Shown piece by piece: positions 1-12,055 of a DNA stretch of 64,000 bases. Below the pieces are notes generated by a model. That model was not told the DNA's origin. It did not search any database and saw only the letters and a program-made list of their open reading frames with translations. Each line of letters begins with the position of its first letter. The first letter of the stretch is position 1. The DNA is from Carcharhinus amblyrhynchos (lineage: Eukaryota): positions 32,054,001 to 32,118,000 of the forward strand of contig OZ336870.1 of NCBI GenBank assembly GCA_965287045.1, given 5' to 3'. A program made the position numbers and the translations under genes.

Positions 1-194
1 TGAGTGGATTGCATTGTGAGCTCAGCTGACACTGAATGCATTCTGCTGCAGTGTTATTATTGATGCCTAAGAGTAGGCTGTGACCACAACCTTCTCAACC
101 TTCTAATGATATCAACAAATTAAATAAGTTATCCAAATATGTGTTTTTGTGCTGAATGTGATGAGTAATTTTTAAAACAATAGGAATTGGGGAA

Positions 195-465
195 GATTAG
201 ACAAGGAACTCGCCAAGGCTCTTTGGTCAGCACCTTCCAAATTCAGAACTGCTACCATGTAGGGTAGCTGATACCTGGGAATACCACCACCTGCAAGCTC
301 CCCCGCAAAGCCACTCATCATTCTGACTTGGAAATATATCACCATTGCTTCATTGTCCATCCCTAACAACAGCAGTTCACTACCACCTCCTCGAGGGCAA
401 TTAAGGATGGGCAATAAATGCTGGTCTAGCCAGTGACACCAACACTCCATGAATGAATAAAAACA
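195..465 (+). mobile_element. Degraded 3' end of a non-LTR retrotransposon (second CR1/L2-group lineage)
   Basis: ends gggcaattaaggatgggcaataaatgctgg...catgaatgaataaaa; same family as 42485-43175 (-) and 28360-28700 (-). Confidence 0.7.
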
Positions 466-1214
466 AGTCTTTAATTTATAATATTTGAGAATACATGGAG
501 TACAGAATAACACAATTGACCATTATTTTCTTTATGAATTTACTGTTATTGGATATAATGAGATTTGCAGTGACAGTGGACGCTGCAATAACCTGGATGC
601 CTTTGTCTTGCTTAACATTGAATTTGGAAAATTCCCCTGGCAAAACCAGTTGATTCACCAGCTTGGAATGGAGTAAAGAAACAGCTTTCTCACTGGGAGT
701 GTTAATCTCCAGTCAGCTGCTCTACGCTTCCACCTGTAGCGTGGAAGAGTTGGGCAGTCTTTAGCTCAGTTAATCAGGCAGTAATGCCAGCATAATATCT
801 CCTTTCTGTTTTTGGTTTTGTAACCTGGTTTGAGTACTGACAACACATGATGGATTGTATCATATGGAGGGATGATTGTCTTTGTGTATGGTGTTAGTGA
901 TTTAATAAACTTGTTTATATAAGCTGGCTTACGATTTTGACACAAGTTTCACAGAGGGAGCTTAGCAGAAAGGCATATGTTCTTACAGATTTAACATTTT
1001 AAATTATGTATAGGTAATGACTAGATAACCTGAGTCAAACTAATCCTTGCCTCTGGGTTTTGATGAAACCTAATTTAAACTAATGGGTTGGCATATTCCC
1101 TTTTCTGGCAGTAATTCACTCATTAGTTGGATGTTGGCCAGTTCAAGTTCATGACATTAAACTGGTAGCTTTATTAAGAGAGGGTGAGAATAATAGGAAT
1201 ATCACACTTAGGGT

Positions 1215-1610
1215 CAGAGAGGTTTACAGTAGGAAACAGGCCCTTCAGCCTAACTTGTCCATGTCATCCAGTTTTACCACTAAGCCAATCCTAATTGCCC
1301 ATGTTTGGCCCACATCCCTCTATACCTATCTTGCGCATATAACTGTCTAAAAGACAAAATTTTACCTGCCTGTACTACTATCTCTGGCAGCTCATTCCAG
1401 ATACTCACCACCCTCTGTGAAAATAATGCCCCTCTTACCTTTGGAAAAAGATATTGACTATCCAGCTGATCTATGCCTCTCATTATTTTATAGACCTCTA
1501 TCAGATCATCCCTAAGCCTCCTACGTTCCAGGGAAAGAAGTCCTGGTCTCATGAGCCTCTCCTTATAACACAAACCATCAAGTCCTAATAGCATCCTAGT
1601 AAATCTTTGT
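1215..1610 (-). mobile_element. CR1 LINE 3' fragment (decayed)
   Basis: ORF track: LLSLERRRLRDDLIEVYKIMRGIDQLD, the C-terminus of CR1 ORF2. Confidence 0.9.
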
Positions 1611-1639
1611 GTGGTGATAGTCCGTCCTGTAGCAAAGGA

Positions 1640-1885
1640 GACAGACTGGGGGGAAAAAACAAAGTGCTGGAAAAACTCAGCAGGTCAGGCATTAAATGTA
1701 GGGAGAGAAACAGGATTAAAGTTTTGAGTCCAATATAATGATTCTTCTAAACCCTTTAGGTTTTTAAGAAGCGTCATATTTGTCTTAAAATGTCATATCT
1801 GTTTCTATGTCTACAGATGCTGCCAGCCCTGAGTTTTTCCAACATTTTCCATTTTAATTTCAGATTTCCAGCATTCGCAGTAATT
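1640..1885. mobile_element. Palindromic Penelope-like-derived short element
   Basis: inverted arms gctggaaaaactcag ... ctgagtttttccaac, then ttcagatttccagca; related fragments at 19385-19505 and 24215-24270. Confidence 0.6.
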
Positions 1886-2021
1886 TATTTTTATTTTTGA
1901 GGCAGAATGGAATGCTTGCCACTGAAACTAGAACTAGAAATGTTCTCCACTGATGATCCATCATATTGATAACAAAAAAAAATAATAGTTTTTAATGTCA
2001 CATGTTAACATTTTGATTCTT

Positions 2022-2435
2022 AAAGAACTTGCATTTCTGTAGCACCTTTCATTCCCGTTGAATATCCCAAGACAGGTTACAGTATTTAGTATTTATGACA
2101 CTTTGCAGTATTTCATTTTGAACTGTAGTCACTGGAATGACAGGAAAATGCAGCAGCCAATCTGTGTACAGCTAGGGCCTGCAAGCAGCAATGTTTTTAT
2201 GGTGATAGCTGAAGAATAAGAATTGGCCAGAGTACCAGACAAACTCCCCGACAGAAAGTGCCATGGAATCTAACATTTGCACGCACTGCCTAAACATCTA
2301 TCTCCTGGAACAACATGGTACACTGTTGTATTGTATTGTCAACCTCCATTGAGGTCAAGTCTTGGGGTGGGACTGGAACTCACTCACTCAAATGTTGAGA
2401 ATGCTACCATTGAGCAAGGCTGGTATTTAACAGCC
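2022..2435 (-). mobile_element. Old Deu-domain-type SINE (SacSINE1/AmnSINE1 superfamily-like)
   Basis: reverse complement contains gattccatggcact...ctggccaat and ends ...gaaaggtgctacagaaatgcaagttc; second copy at 7790-8075. Confidence 0.55.
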
Positions 2436-2599
2436 ACTAAAGCTTGTGGAACTTCTGGAAGGCCAGATAGTCATGGATGTGGGCTTCTAGCCATGAAACC
2501 TGTGAATGCCATCCTTCAAATAATTGTAGTAGTCAATCTAGCATCCAATTTGCTTCTCTTCCCGCAGCAGACTTTCATATGTTTCCATAGCTAGTAATT

Positions 2600-2942
2600 C
2601 TCAGAACAGGCCGCCAGTCTGTTGCCAGGGGCTTATAGCTTGAAGGGCTCCACTCCATATCAAGCATGACTGAGCAGGAGTCACTCTTACTGATGCAATG
2701 ATTTCCCATAGTTCAGTTAGGTATAGTCCAATGTTGACTTTATTATGGTGAGATTGGAGAGACCAGGAGTCTCTCACTCTTATTGCCAAACATTGCATGT
2801 CTTGAAGGATTTGCAGGTGGACACACTCAACCTGTTTGATCACATTATGAATGCACCTTTCTTGGCCATCAAGTCCTGGGATGGAACTTGAACTCCTGGC
2901 TCAGAAGCTCAGACGTTATTCAGTGTGTCACAAGACCCCTTC
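2600..2942 (-). mobile_element. Degraded tRNA-type SINE-like repeat
   Basis: SINE-like head on the minus strand (ggggtcttgtgacacactg...gagttcaagttcc); a 33-bp internal segment recurs at 3534-3567. Confidence 0.45.
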
Positions 2943-3343
2943 CATCTCTCAGAGAGACCACTAATTGCCAAACCCCATGGTTCAGTTAGACAGAATGCTC
3001 TGGGGAGGCTTTATAATGAAAAGCAGCATTGCAGTTAGCTGCATAAGGCTAAGAACTGAAATACCACTCTGGCCTATTGTAACCACTGGATTGTGGTGAC
3101 ACTCAGTCTAAAGTCACATCTTATGCCCCTGCAGGATACAGGGCCTTAGGGACCTAACTTTCAGTGGAACAATGGAAATGGCATTAATATAGTGACAGAA
3201 TTTGCTGTCCCACCAGGTTAGATATTTCTTCTCATTTTTAGGAACATAACAGGTAGTACTAAACGAGTGACTTATTTTTCTCAGCTGTTACAGAGGAAAG
3301 AAGATTGTCTAATCACAAATTTTAAAATCTTCTCCAACTGCAG

Positions 3344-3455
3344 CAGATATCTGAAGTACCACATCATAAAATACATGTGATTGGCTACAGCTTGGGAGCA
3401 CATGTTGCGGGATTTGCAGGAAAAGCGACGCAAAGCAAAATAGGACGGATAACAG
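3344..3455 (+). CDS. LIPG: Endothelial lipase exon 4 equivalent (catalytic Ser, GYSLG)
   Basis: ctgcag|CAGATA...ATAACAG|gtatg; 112 bp; translates [38 protein letters not shown], the GxSxG nucleophile motif of LPL/HL/EL; size matches the conserved exon 4. Confidence 0.95.
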
Positions 3456-3781
3456 GTATGAATTGGTGGAGATGGGTTGAACTTTCTGATAAATGTGTGT
3501 TAAGTGTATAAGTATTGAAGATGCATTTGACCAAGGTATAGTCCAATGTTGACTTTATTGTGGTGAGTTTGAGCAGTTCTGCCAGTTCATCCCACAGGAT
3601 GTATCAAGTGGGAATAAGGCCCTTCTGAGAATGGGATGGGATGAAAATTGTGGTTACTTGCCTCCTGGCCCTCATTGCAAAAAATCATTGCATGAAGTGG
3701 TATCTCTGCACAATATTAAGGGAAGGAGCTTTGATCTATTGAATTGGGAAAGACTGTTTTACCTGGTTGTGGAGTCAGTTG

Positions 3782-4065
3782 TGACACAGTGATTAACACT
3801 GCTGCCTCACAGCTCCAGGGACCCGGGTTTGATTCCTGGTTGGGTCGGTGTCTGTGAGAAGTTTGCACATTCTGCCCATGTCTGTGCAGGTTTCCTCTGG
3901 ATGCTCCAGTTTCCTTCCACAGTCCTAGGTGGCTAGGTGCATTGGCCATGCTAAATACTCCCTCAGTGTACAAGAAAAGGCACTGGAGTGTGGCAACTAA
4001 GGAATTTAGATTGTAACTTCATTACAGTGTTAATATAAACCTACTTGTAACACTAATAAACTTTA
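3782..4065 (+). mobile_element. HE1-type V-SINE, tail type 2
   Basis: tRNA-like head (cacagtg.ttaacactgctgcctcacag, ggtttgattcc), V core gtttcctctggatgctccagttt, tail ...cttgtaacactaataaactt. Confidence 0.85.
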
Positions 4066-4493
4066 CAGCAACAAGAGCCCAGTAATTTAATGTAATCATC
4101 AATGGGGAAGTGTCTCTTGGAGAGTAAGATGTGGGTTTTAAATGAGAATAGGGTCAGGCCTAGCTGTGATAATTGCCATTGTTGAATACTGTGCCACTGT
4201 TCAGAATCTGTTCACTTGTTCTGTTCACTGTTCATTTGGCCCATCAAGTCAGCAATGGCTCACTGAAAGAGCATTTTACTTCATCCCACCCCTGTTCAGA
4301 TTGCTTCAATCACTTAAGGAAGGCTACAGTTTGTATCCCAATGAGTCCCCTTGTTCAGGTCAAGAAGTGAGGAAAATCACTAGTACTTCTTAGTAACAAA
4401 AGCAGACTACCTCCATTCAGGACAGGAAGTCAGAAAACAGTGAATGTAGAGGAGGTAGTTGTGTAATGAATAAAACCACTTTTTTTTAACCAG

Positions 4494-4718
4494 GTTTAGA
4501 TCCAGCTGGTCCACTGTTTGAAGGTACTGACCCAGATCGGCGACTTTCCCCTGATGATGCTGACTTTGTAGATGTGCTACACACGTTTACATATGGTACT
4601 CTGGGAGTTAGCATTGGCATTGAACAGCCTGTTGGTCATATTGATGTGTATCCAAATGGTGGCAGTTTCCAGCCTGGATGTGGCCTTCGTGATGTCTTCA
4701 AGGCCTTGGCCTATGGCA
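4494..4718 (+). CDS. LIPG: Endothelial lipase exon 5 equivalent (catalytic Asp, start of lid)
   Basis: tttttaaccag|GTTTAGAT...TATGGCA|gtaagt; 225 bp; (G)[74 protein letters not shown]; phase 1 at both ends. Confidence 0.96.
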
Positions 4719-4881
4719 GTAAGTAGTTATTTCGACCCTTCCATTTTCAAATTGCTTGTTAATTGCAACTTGTGTTCATGAAGAATATGATTGTTTCTCT
4801 CATGGGTCAGTTAGTAAAATCATTGTGTTTTATTCCTGTTTGGCATAGAAGTTTTATAATTGCTCTTCACTGAGGCTTATT

Positions 4882-5016
4882 GGGTGCAATCTTACCAGCC
4901 GTTCACGCCGTGTTTCCACTGCAACAAAGTTGGAGAATTTGGTGGCCAGCCAAATCTCCGTTCGCTGTGGCGGGTTGGGAAAATCCCACCAACGTGAACA
5001 GGGGTAAGATTCCAGC
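4882..5016. mobile_element. PIF/Harbinger-type MITE
   Basis: terminal inverted repeat gggtgcaatcttacc ... ggtaagattccagc with internal palindrome; close relative at 60837-60972. Confidence 0.7.
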
Positions 5017-5964
5017 TTTTGTTAGTATTTGAGCTGTCCCTATTTGAAAGCAGCCTAATTCCTGACTTCATTGTGAATAATATCACAGGTGTTTACAAAG
5101 AAGATCCCAGGTTTGTTCTCCACCCTTGCTGATTTCAAATTAAGCGACAGATAATGGAACATTTAGAGGGAGAGAACAGTCTCAAAGCCATGGAAGTCTG
5201 TCCCATTTTTGTAGGTTAACTCCCTCCTTCTCCCACCATCTACTTTATCACATTACCCCTGTATTCCCTTCTCCCCACAGAGTTCAATCACTTGTTTCTT
5301 GAATCCATTTGTATTCCACATCAATCGCTTTTACTTCAATTTATTACACAAAACATGTATGAAAACTTTCCACCAAATTTTTATTTACTCAAAACCTTCT
5401 AATTTTTATTCCTGTGCCTTGATATCTGAACATGTTAGCTATTGTGGGTCAATTTTATCAGCTCTCTTCAAAGTACTGAAAACTCAATTAGATTTGAATG
5501 AACAAAGAGCAAAGGCCCTTCAGCCCTTCAAGTCTGCCCTGAACATGCTACCCCGCTCTGAACTAAAACCCCCCATACCCTTCTGGGGACCATATCCCTC
5601 TATTCCCATCCTACTCATGTATTATCCAGCCGCCCCTTAAAAGTCACTTTCATATTTGCTTCCACTACCTCCCTGGTAGTGAGTCCCAGGCACCCCCCAC
5701 CCTGTGTGTAAAAATGGGCCTCTACTATTTGTTTGTGTCTTCTCTGTTATGATACCAATCCCAACTATTAAATGCTAATTGACGTTTTCAAGACTTTGAA
5801 GCGAATTGCCACTCATTTCCATTCCCAGTTTTTATCTGCTGACTTTTAAATATCATCTCTCAGAATATGGACATTGCTGAAAGGGGTATAACTAAAATGG
5901 GCAGCAATTAATGCTCAGTCCTAGTTGCCTGTGAAAGCCATGTCTAAACAATAAGTATGAATAT

Positions 5965-6318
5965 TCATAGAATCGTGGAGTCCCTACAGTGCAGAAGAGG
6001 CCATTCAGCCCATCGTCTGCACCAGCTCTCTGACAGAGGATCTTTAGTTCTTCTCCCTTGTCCTATCCCTGTAACCCCATACATTTACCATGGCAAATCC
6101 ATCTGAATTGCACATCTTGGGCCACTAAGGGGCAATTTAGCATGTCCAATCCACCTAACCTGCACATCTTCAGACTGTGGGAGTAAACCGGAGCACCCGG
6201 AGGAGACCCATGCAGGCACGAGGAGAATGTGCAAATTCCACACAGACAGTCACTCAAGGCTGAAATTGAACCTGGGTTGTTGGAGCTGTGAGGCAGCAGT
6301 GCTAGCCACTGTGCCGGC
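5965..6318 (-). mobile_element. HE1-type V-SINE, tail type 1 (CR1-like)
   Basis: head, V core and ctgcactgtaggga...ttctatg tail. Confidence 0.88.
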
Positions 6319-6521
6319 CTAATGTGATTAGCTTAGCTGTGACACCCTCCATATTTGAATAAGCTCTGACACCCACTTCCCAGGCCACTGTTAAAGGATT
6401 GGTGAAGTACAGGTAAATAGCCAGCACCTATGGAACCGTAACTGAGCTCTTTCAGTCCCTTTAGGAGGGCTGAGAAGAACATGTTGAGATTGCTGAATCA
6501 TTTCCTTGTTTCTGTTGGCAG

Positions 6522-6764
6522 CTATCACTAGCGTTGTTAATTGTGAACATGAGCGTTCAGTCCACCTCTTCGTCGACTCCATCCTGAACCAGGATAAACA
6601 GAGCCTGATGTATCGATGCCCTGACACTAAGACGTTCGAGAAAGGGATGTGCCTCAGCTGTCGGAGGAATCGCTGCAACAAGTTGGGCTACAATGTCAGG
6701 AAAGTCAGAAGTAAACGTAGCAACAAGATGTATCTGAAGACAAGAGCAGATATGCCCTTTAAAG
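6522..6764 (+). CDS. LIPG: Endothelial lipase exon 6 equivalent (end of lid, catalytic His, basic heparin-binding cluster, furin site)
   Basis: ttggcag|CTATC...TTTAAAG|gtgag; 243 bp; (T)[80 protein letters not shown]; the 19-aa lid between the cysteines indicates EL rather than LPL/HL (22 aa). Confidence 0.96.
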
Positions 6765-7244
6765 GTGAGAAGCTGGATAGCCTGGCATGATGGCAGATTC
6801 AATATCTGTCTAAATACCTAAAAACCTTTTTGAGAGCTGGAAGGAGTAATAAGATAACATTACTCTTGGAACTCTCTCATATGTGAGATTTATATGTATG
6901 TATTTAAAAACGCCTCAAGGCGCCTCCTACGAAAAGCAAGTTAGTTCAAAGCTGAAGAGCAGGTAACTCCAGCAAACATCCAATCTATCCTTGTGTTCCA
7001 TCAGTGGCAACTCTGAAACTAGAAATTCACCCTGTGTTAATAGAGGCACAACCCAAGACTAACCACTACACTTATGCACATAACAATCCAATCATCTTGT
7101 CCTTTGAACAACTGGGATCTGCACTGTAAACAAACAATCTCAAAATAACCCGGCTCTCAAACCAGAACTGAATCAGACGGGAGCTTTGAAAATGTATTGT
7201 CTCATCTTCAATGGATTGAAATATGTTTTACGTTTCTTTTCCAG

Positions 7245-7365
7245 TTTTTCATTACCAGCTAAAAATGCACTTGTTCAGTGGAGAGGAATTACAAGATTTG
7301 AACCCAAAGTTTTATGTTAAATTGTACGGGACCAATGGAGACAGCAAGAAGACCAGTATCGAAAT
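7245..7365 (+). CDS. LIPG: Endothelial lipase exon 7 equivalent (start of PLAT domain)
   Basis: ttcttttccag|TTTTTC...GAAAT|gtacgt; 121 bp; (V)FHYQLKMHLFSGEELQDLNPKFYVKLYGTNGDSKKTSIE(I). Confidence 0.94.
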
Positions 7366-7789
7366 GTACGTAGTGCATGCCTATGATAGCTGATGGAGAG
7401 GTGTTTGGAATGTGTGCTGGAAGTAAGGGCAATTTTTGCGTGTTTAGTGGGAATGGGGGAGGAAAAGCAGACGAAATTGCAAGGTAATGGGAAGGAGGCA
7501 GGGTGAACATTGGCTGTGGATCACTCTAATTGCCCTTCCCCTGCTTTCTGCTGGGCTGGCAGGGTTAAAATCTCTTTTAAAATCTCCAACGCTACATTCC
7601 TCAATTATAGACCCTTCCAATAATTCTTATTTAAATTTTGTTTTCTCCTGCTGCTGCGAGAACATTCAAATTTTGGAATGGTAGAGCTATTAACTCAGAG
7701 GGTGACTGCTTTCCTCACTATATAATCAAACATGATTAATTAACTGGAGGGTGGTTGTTTCTGGGAAACCACTCGAGCCCAGTGAATGA

Positions 7790-8075
7790 AAGAACTTCCA
7801 TTTCTACATGTCCTTTTATGACCTCTGGAAGTCACAAAGCACTTTGCAACCAATAAAGAAATTTGAATTGCAGTCATTGTAGGAAATATAGCAGAAATGT
7901 GCGCACATAGCAAGGAGGTAATGATCAGATAATCTGGTTTAAGGATGGTAATAGAGGGACACCAGGGACTACCACTGAAATGCCAACTTAGATTTAGTGC
8001 TCAAGCCTCAGAAGTGGACCTTGAACCCACAACCTCCTTATTCATAGGTGAGAATGCTACCAACTCAGCAAAGGC
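7790..8075 (-). mobile_element. Old Deu-domain-type SINE fragment
   Basis: similar to 2022-2435; reverse complement has cagattatctgatcatta and aagtgctttgtgac. Confidence 0.5.
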
Positions 8076-8149
8076 TGAAGGATAAATAGGATCCATTTAG
8101 AGTTTGTAAATCTATATGACAGGAATTTGACTAGTTTTAAAACAGTCTG

Positions 8150-8483
8150 AATCACAGAAACCCTACAGTGCAAAAAGAGGCCGTTTGGCCCACCAAGTCT
8201 GCACTGACCACAATCCCACCCAGGCCCTACTCCCATATCCACCTGCTAATCCCTCTGACCTACACATCTCAGGACACTAAGGGGCAATTTTTTAGTATGG
8301 CCAATCAAGCTAACCTGCACATCTTTGGACTGTGGGAGGAAACCGGAGTACCCGGAAGAAATCCACGCAGACACGAGGAGAATGTGCAAACTCCACACAG
8401 ACAGTGACCTAAGCCAGGAATCAAACCCAGGTCCCTGGAGCTGTAAAGCAGCAGTGCTAACCACTGTGCTACCGTGCCGCCCT
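8150..8483 (-). mobile_element. HE1-type V-SINE, tail type 1
   Basis: near-complete copy, head gggcggcacggtagcacagtggttagcactgctg on the minus strand. Confidence 0.92.
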
Positions 8484-8814
8484 TATTGCCTTTATTGGTG
8501 ATAATATTAAAAGCCCAGTAACTGGGCCATTGATTTTAGAAATTGCATTTATATCTTTAGTATAGACTGTGGGTAGCTAGTGATGAGTAAGGCATGGCTT
8601 TGTATTTCTGAGTATATAAAATTCAAAGCCTTACAGTGCAGAAGGAGGCCGTTCGGCCCATTGAGTCTGCACCACTTCACTGAGAGAGCATCTATCGGAG
8701 AACTGATGCAGATCAATGGGCTGAATGAAATAGAGACTTAGTGCTCAGAGGGTGAGTGAAGTAATGTTACACAGAATCTTGCCAGCTTCAATCCCTTTGC
8801 TTGTTGGACATTGT

Positions 8815-9014
8815 GGGTGGGATTCTCTGGTCTCCTAGCCATGTGTTTCTTGGCAGCAGGAAGCAGCTTGTTAGTGGCAGGATCATTTGGTCCTGTTGCT
8901 GTCAATGGGAATTCCCACTGATTCCACCCCACGCTGTCAGGAAACCGTGGTGAGGGTTTGCCATCAGCGGGATTGGAAGTTCCTGCCAGTGTGAATGACT
9001 GAAGAATTCAGACC
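8815..9014. mobile_element. PIF/Harbinger-type MITE
   Basis: gggtgggattctct ... gaagaattcagacc degenerate TIRs with a central palindrome gtcaatgggaattcccactgat. Confidence 0.6.
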
Positions 9015-9622
9015 GGTATCTCACAATTATAGAGATGGTCCACTGGGCACCTCTGGCACTAAACCAGCATCTCAGGCCAGAGGAAGGTTCACTTGATTAT
9101 AAAAATAAACTGATGGGTATTGATAGGCACTTGATGGGTATCGATAGACCTTGAGCAAGCAACGTGGGAGGAACGACAGTGGCTATTTGCCCAGTGAGTC
9201 AGTGACAGCCCCAGTCTAGTCACCAGTTCTGACAGGATTTATCAACCCCAGCCTAGAGAAGGTCAATCAGGCTGAACTTGGGCGTGGACCCTCCAGGCGC
9301 CAAACATCCTGCTTTCTCTCCACGTATCAGCCACCCAGCAGAATCTGGGCACTATTCTGAAAGTTTCTCATCTGGGAGTTGCCTTCCCTGAGTGTTACCC
9401 TACTGAAACGAGCCGGATGAATCTTTAAACCCTACACCCCCTCCACCTCCTCTAGGTTCCTAGCAGCTCTCAGATTAATTTAAAGACTTCCTGCCACACT
9501 CTCCCCACAAGGGCATCTTTGGGGTCTTCACTATTAAATCAATGACTGTGATGGGCAGCTGTTTGGCTGACGAGTTTGGAAGATTTGGTGCTACGAAGTG
9601 TCTAATTTTAGTTTTCTTACAG

Positions 9623-9850
9623 ACCTGAACAAATTGCTGCAAACAGGACAAATTCCTTCCTTGTCTGCTTGGAGGATGACATTGGAGACTTGCTGAGAAT
9701 CAGACTGATGTGGGAGGGGTCCTCGTCGTCCTGGTCACTGTGGACACAGTTCAGAAGTCTATGGTATGGGTCAAGTTCTGATGAAATGGAAGACTTGAAA
9801 GAACTGGAAATAAGGAAGATTCGAGTGAAGTCTGGGGAAATGCAGAAGAA
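9623..9850 (+). CDS. LIPG: Endothelial lipase exon 8 equivalent (PLAT domain, Trp-rich loop)
   Basis: ttttcttacag|ACCTG...AGAAGAA|gtaagt; 228 bp; PEQIAANRTNSFLVCLEDDIGDLLRIRLMWEGSSSSWSLWTQFRSLWYGSSSDEMEDLKELEIRKIRVKSGEMQK(K). Confidence 0.95.
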
Positions 9851-11796
9851 GTAAGTATGAACTTACCTAGTGCAATCTTTGATGCTAGTTTGAACGGGGT
9901 TGATATTGGATTGGCTGCCAGTTATACACCCCATGACTATTATTATCATTAAAGGTAATGAAAACCAACATAAGGATTTGTGTGTAGCAGGCAGCTGATC
10001 TGCTATTAACCCATTTATACTATCACCAAAAAATGAGATAATTTACATCTATGTTTAAAATTATGTAGATGGTCAAGTGTTCAGTCTAATGAGAACCATC
10101 GCTGGTTAATTTTAAACTAGTTCCATAGGCAGTGAATTTCCCCAAGACTCTTTTCCATTATTCCTTGTGGGCCAGGAAAAGCAGGGGAACTTGCCCCCAC
10201 CCACTCAAGGGAGATTCAGTCTCCAATCTACCTCATGCCCTGGCACCCCACCCGTGTATCCTTGATTGGCAGTCTTCTCCTCTCAGCTTCCACTTGCACA
10301 TCCCACCGGTCCTGAATACTGATCCCATTGTCTAATCCTCCCTGGATCTCTCCAGAGGGCCAAAGGACCCTCCCTGCAGCCTCTTGTTGCTGCCCACCCC
10401 AATCCTGGCCAGGCTGTTCATTTCACCAGGCAGGAAATGGAGTTAATTGGGTCCAACTGTTAGATTTGGCAGAACCTCCTGTGTCTCTAACCTTGCTGGG
10501 TTCTTCAACCGTTTTCATCTGGAGCCACACTTTCTGGCAAATAGGGGCTGACCTTCCAGCGAATGTATGTCCACTGTATGGAACTGGCATCATGAAGATT
10601 GTGGAAGTAGTCCCAGTTTAATTACATCTCTTTTAGAAGATGAGAGTTTGGGTTACAGTGCAAGAATAATTTGTATGTGACATATGGTAGATGTAACATG
10701 CTTCCGAAGAGCAAGCAGCCTTGGACCTAGGGCTCCCAAAGCTCTTCACCATTGAGGTTTCCCCGAGCTTCTGGTTGCTCTGCTGTAATTCCATTGATCA
10801 AGAATGATTGCTGTGATTAGTCACCACTCTATTATCATTGCAACTAGGTGAAGCAGGTTGACTGTAGTCTGTCTGTTATTTAACAATTACTGTGTTCATA
10901 AGTTGTAATGTCAGTACCTCTCAAAAAGCTAGTGCATCAAAATACTAGAATCATAAACAGGCCACGCACAGCAGACTTAAAGGAACATGGACTTTTACGT
11001 ACTCTTGGGTGCCTGTACCAGTAAGAGGCAGTCTGGCTACCTGCCAATTCCAAGAAGTTTGACCCACTATTTAATTAGTTTAGTGCGGGGGGGGGTGGTA
11101 AAGGTGATATTTTCCAGGGATCCCAGGCATGATCATGTCTAAGATGCCCAGATAGGGCCTACTTATGTCACCTAGTTTGTCAATATTCTGATGTACCATT
11201 GCTGACCAAGTGTCACACTCTGAGCAATGGAAATCTGGGAATTCCTGATGTAGGAAATCTCCACCATTCTCCGAGCTGCTTCCTGGATTGATGGTTATGT
11301 TTGGAACACTCTGCTCCCAAGAAGCCATCCAGGAACTCCCACTAGAAAGTAGAGTCTTTCCATTGTGCTATTATCGGAATTGCAAAGGTAGTGTGCCGGG
11401 AGGGCTACCCTTTATGTTTATGGTGCTTGGAATAGGTGTAAACTGACTGACAGAATTTACATGGAGTAGCTGTTTCTGGATTTAGTTGGTCATTTCTGTC
11501 TATTAAATATCCATGCACATGATGAAACCAATAGATTCGTTTATATATTTGCATTGTGTCAGTCTCCCAACTCACATTGATGAATGGCATTGTTCCTACA
11601 GGAGGCCTAACCTGATCTGAGTATCCTGTGATCCACAACTATTGTCACCATGAGCTTGGAGTTCCTGTAACAATACCAGGCCTTGGTTTCATTCCCATTC
11701 TGCTAGTTGTAATTCACAGTGTACTTAGTTATGAGAAGGCAGATAAAAATGTTACCGTACACCTTTTTGTTGTTTGCAATCCTCACTGCCACAGTT

Positions 11797-12055
11797 TTAG
11801 AACATACAGCACAGTACAGGCCCTTCGGCCCTCAATGTTGTGCCGAGCTTTGTCCATACCCAAGGTCGAGCTATCCCACTCCCTATCATTCTGGTGTGCT
11901 CCATGTGCCTATCCAATAACTGCTTGCAAGTTCCTAAAGTGCCTGACTCCACTATCACAGCAGGCAGTGCATTCCACACCTCAACCACAGTCTGAATAAA
12001 GAGTCTACCTCGGACATCCCTCTTGTATCTCCCACCATGAACCTTATAGCTATGT
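11797..12055 (-). mobile_element. CR1 LINE 3' fragment
   Basis: VEVWNALPAVIVESGTLGTCKQLLDRHM plus CR1 3' UTR. Confidence 0.85.

Noticed and set aside
485-676. 63-aa ORF as LIPG exon 3
   Set aside because: It lacks the NVIVVDW/HYP motifs expected in exon 3; exons 1-3 must lie upstream of the window.
8150-8483. tRNA genes at the heads of the many repeats
   Set aside because: They are SINE heads with A/B boxes running into the V core; no full cloverleaf.
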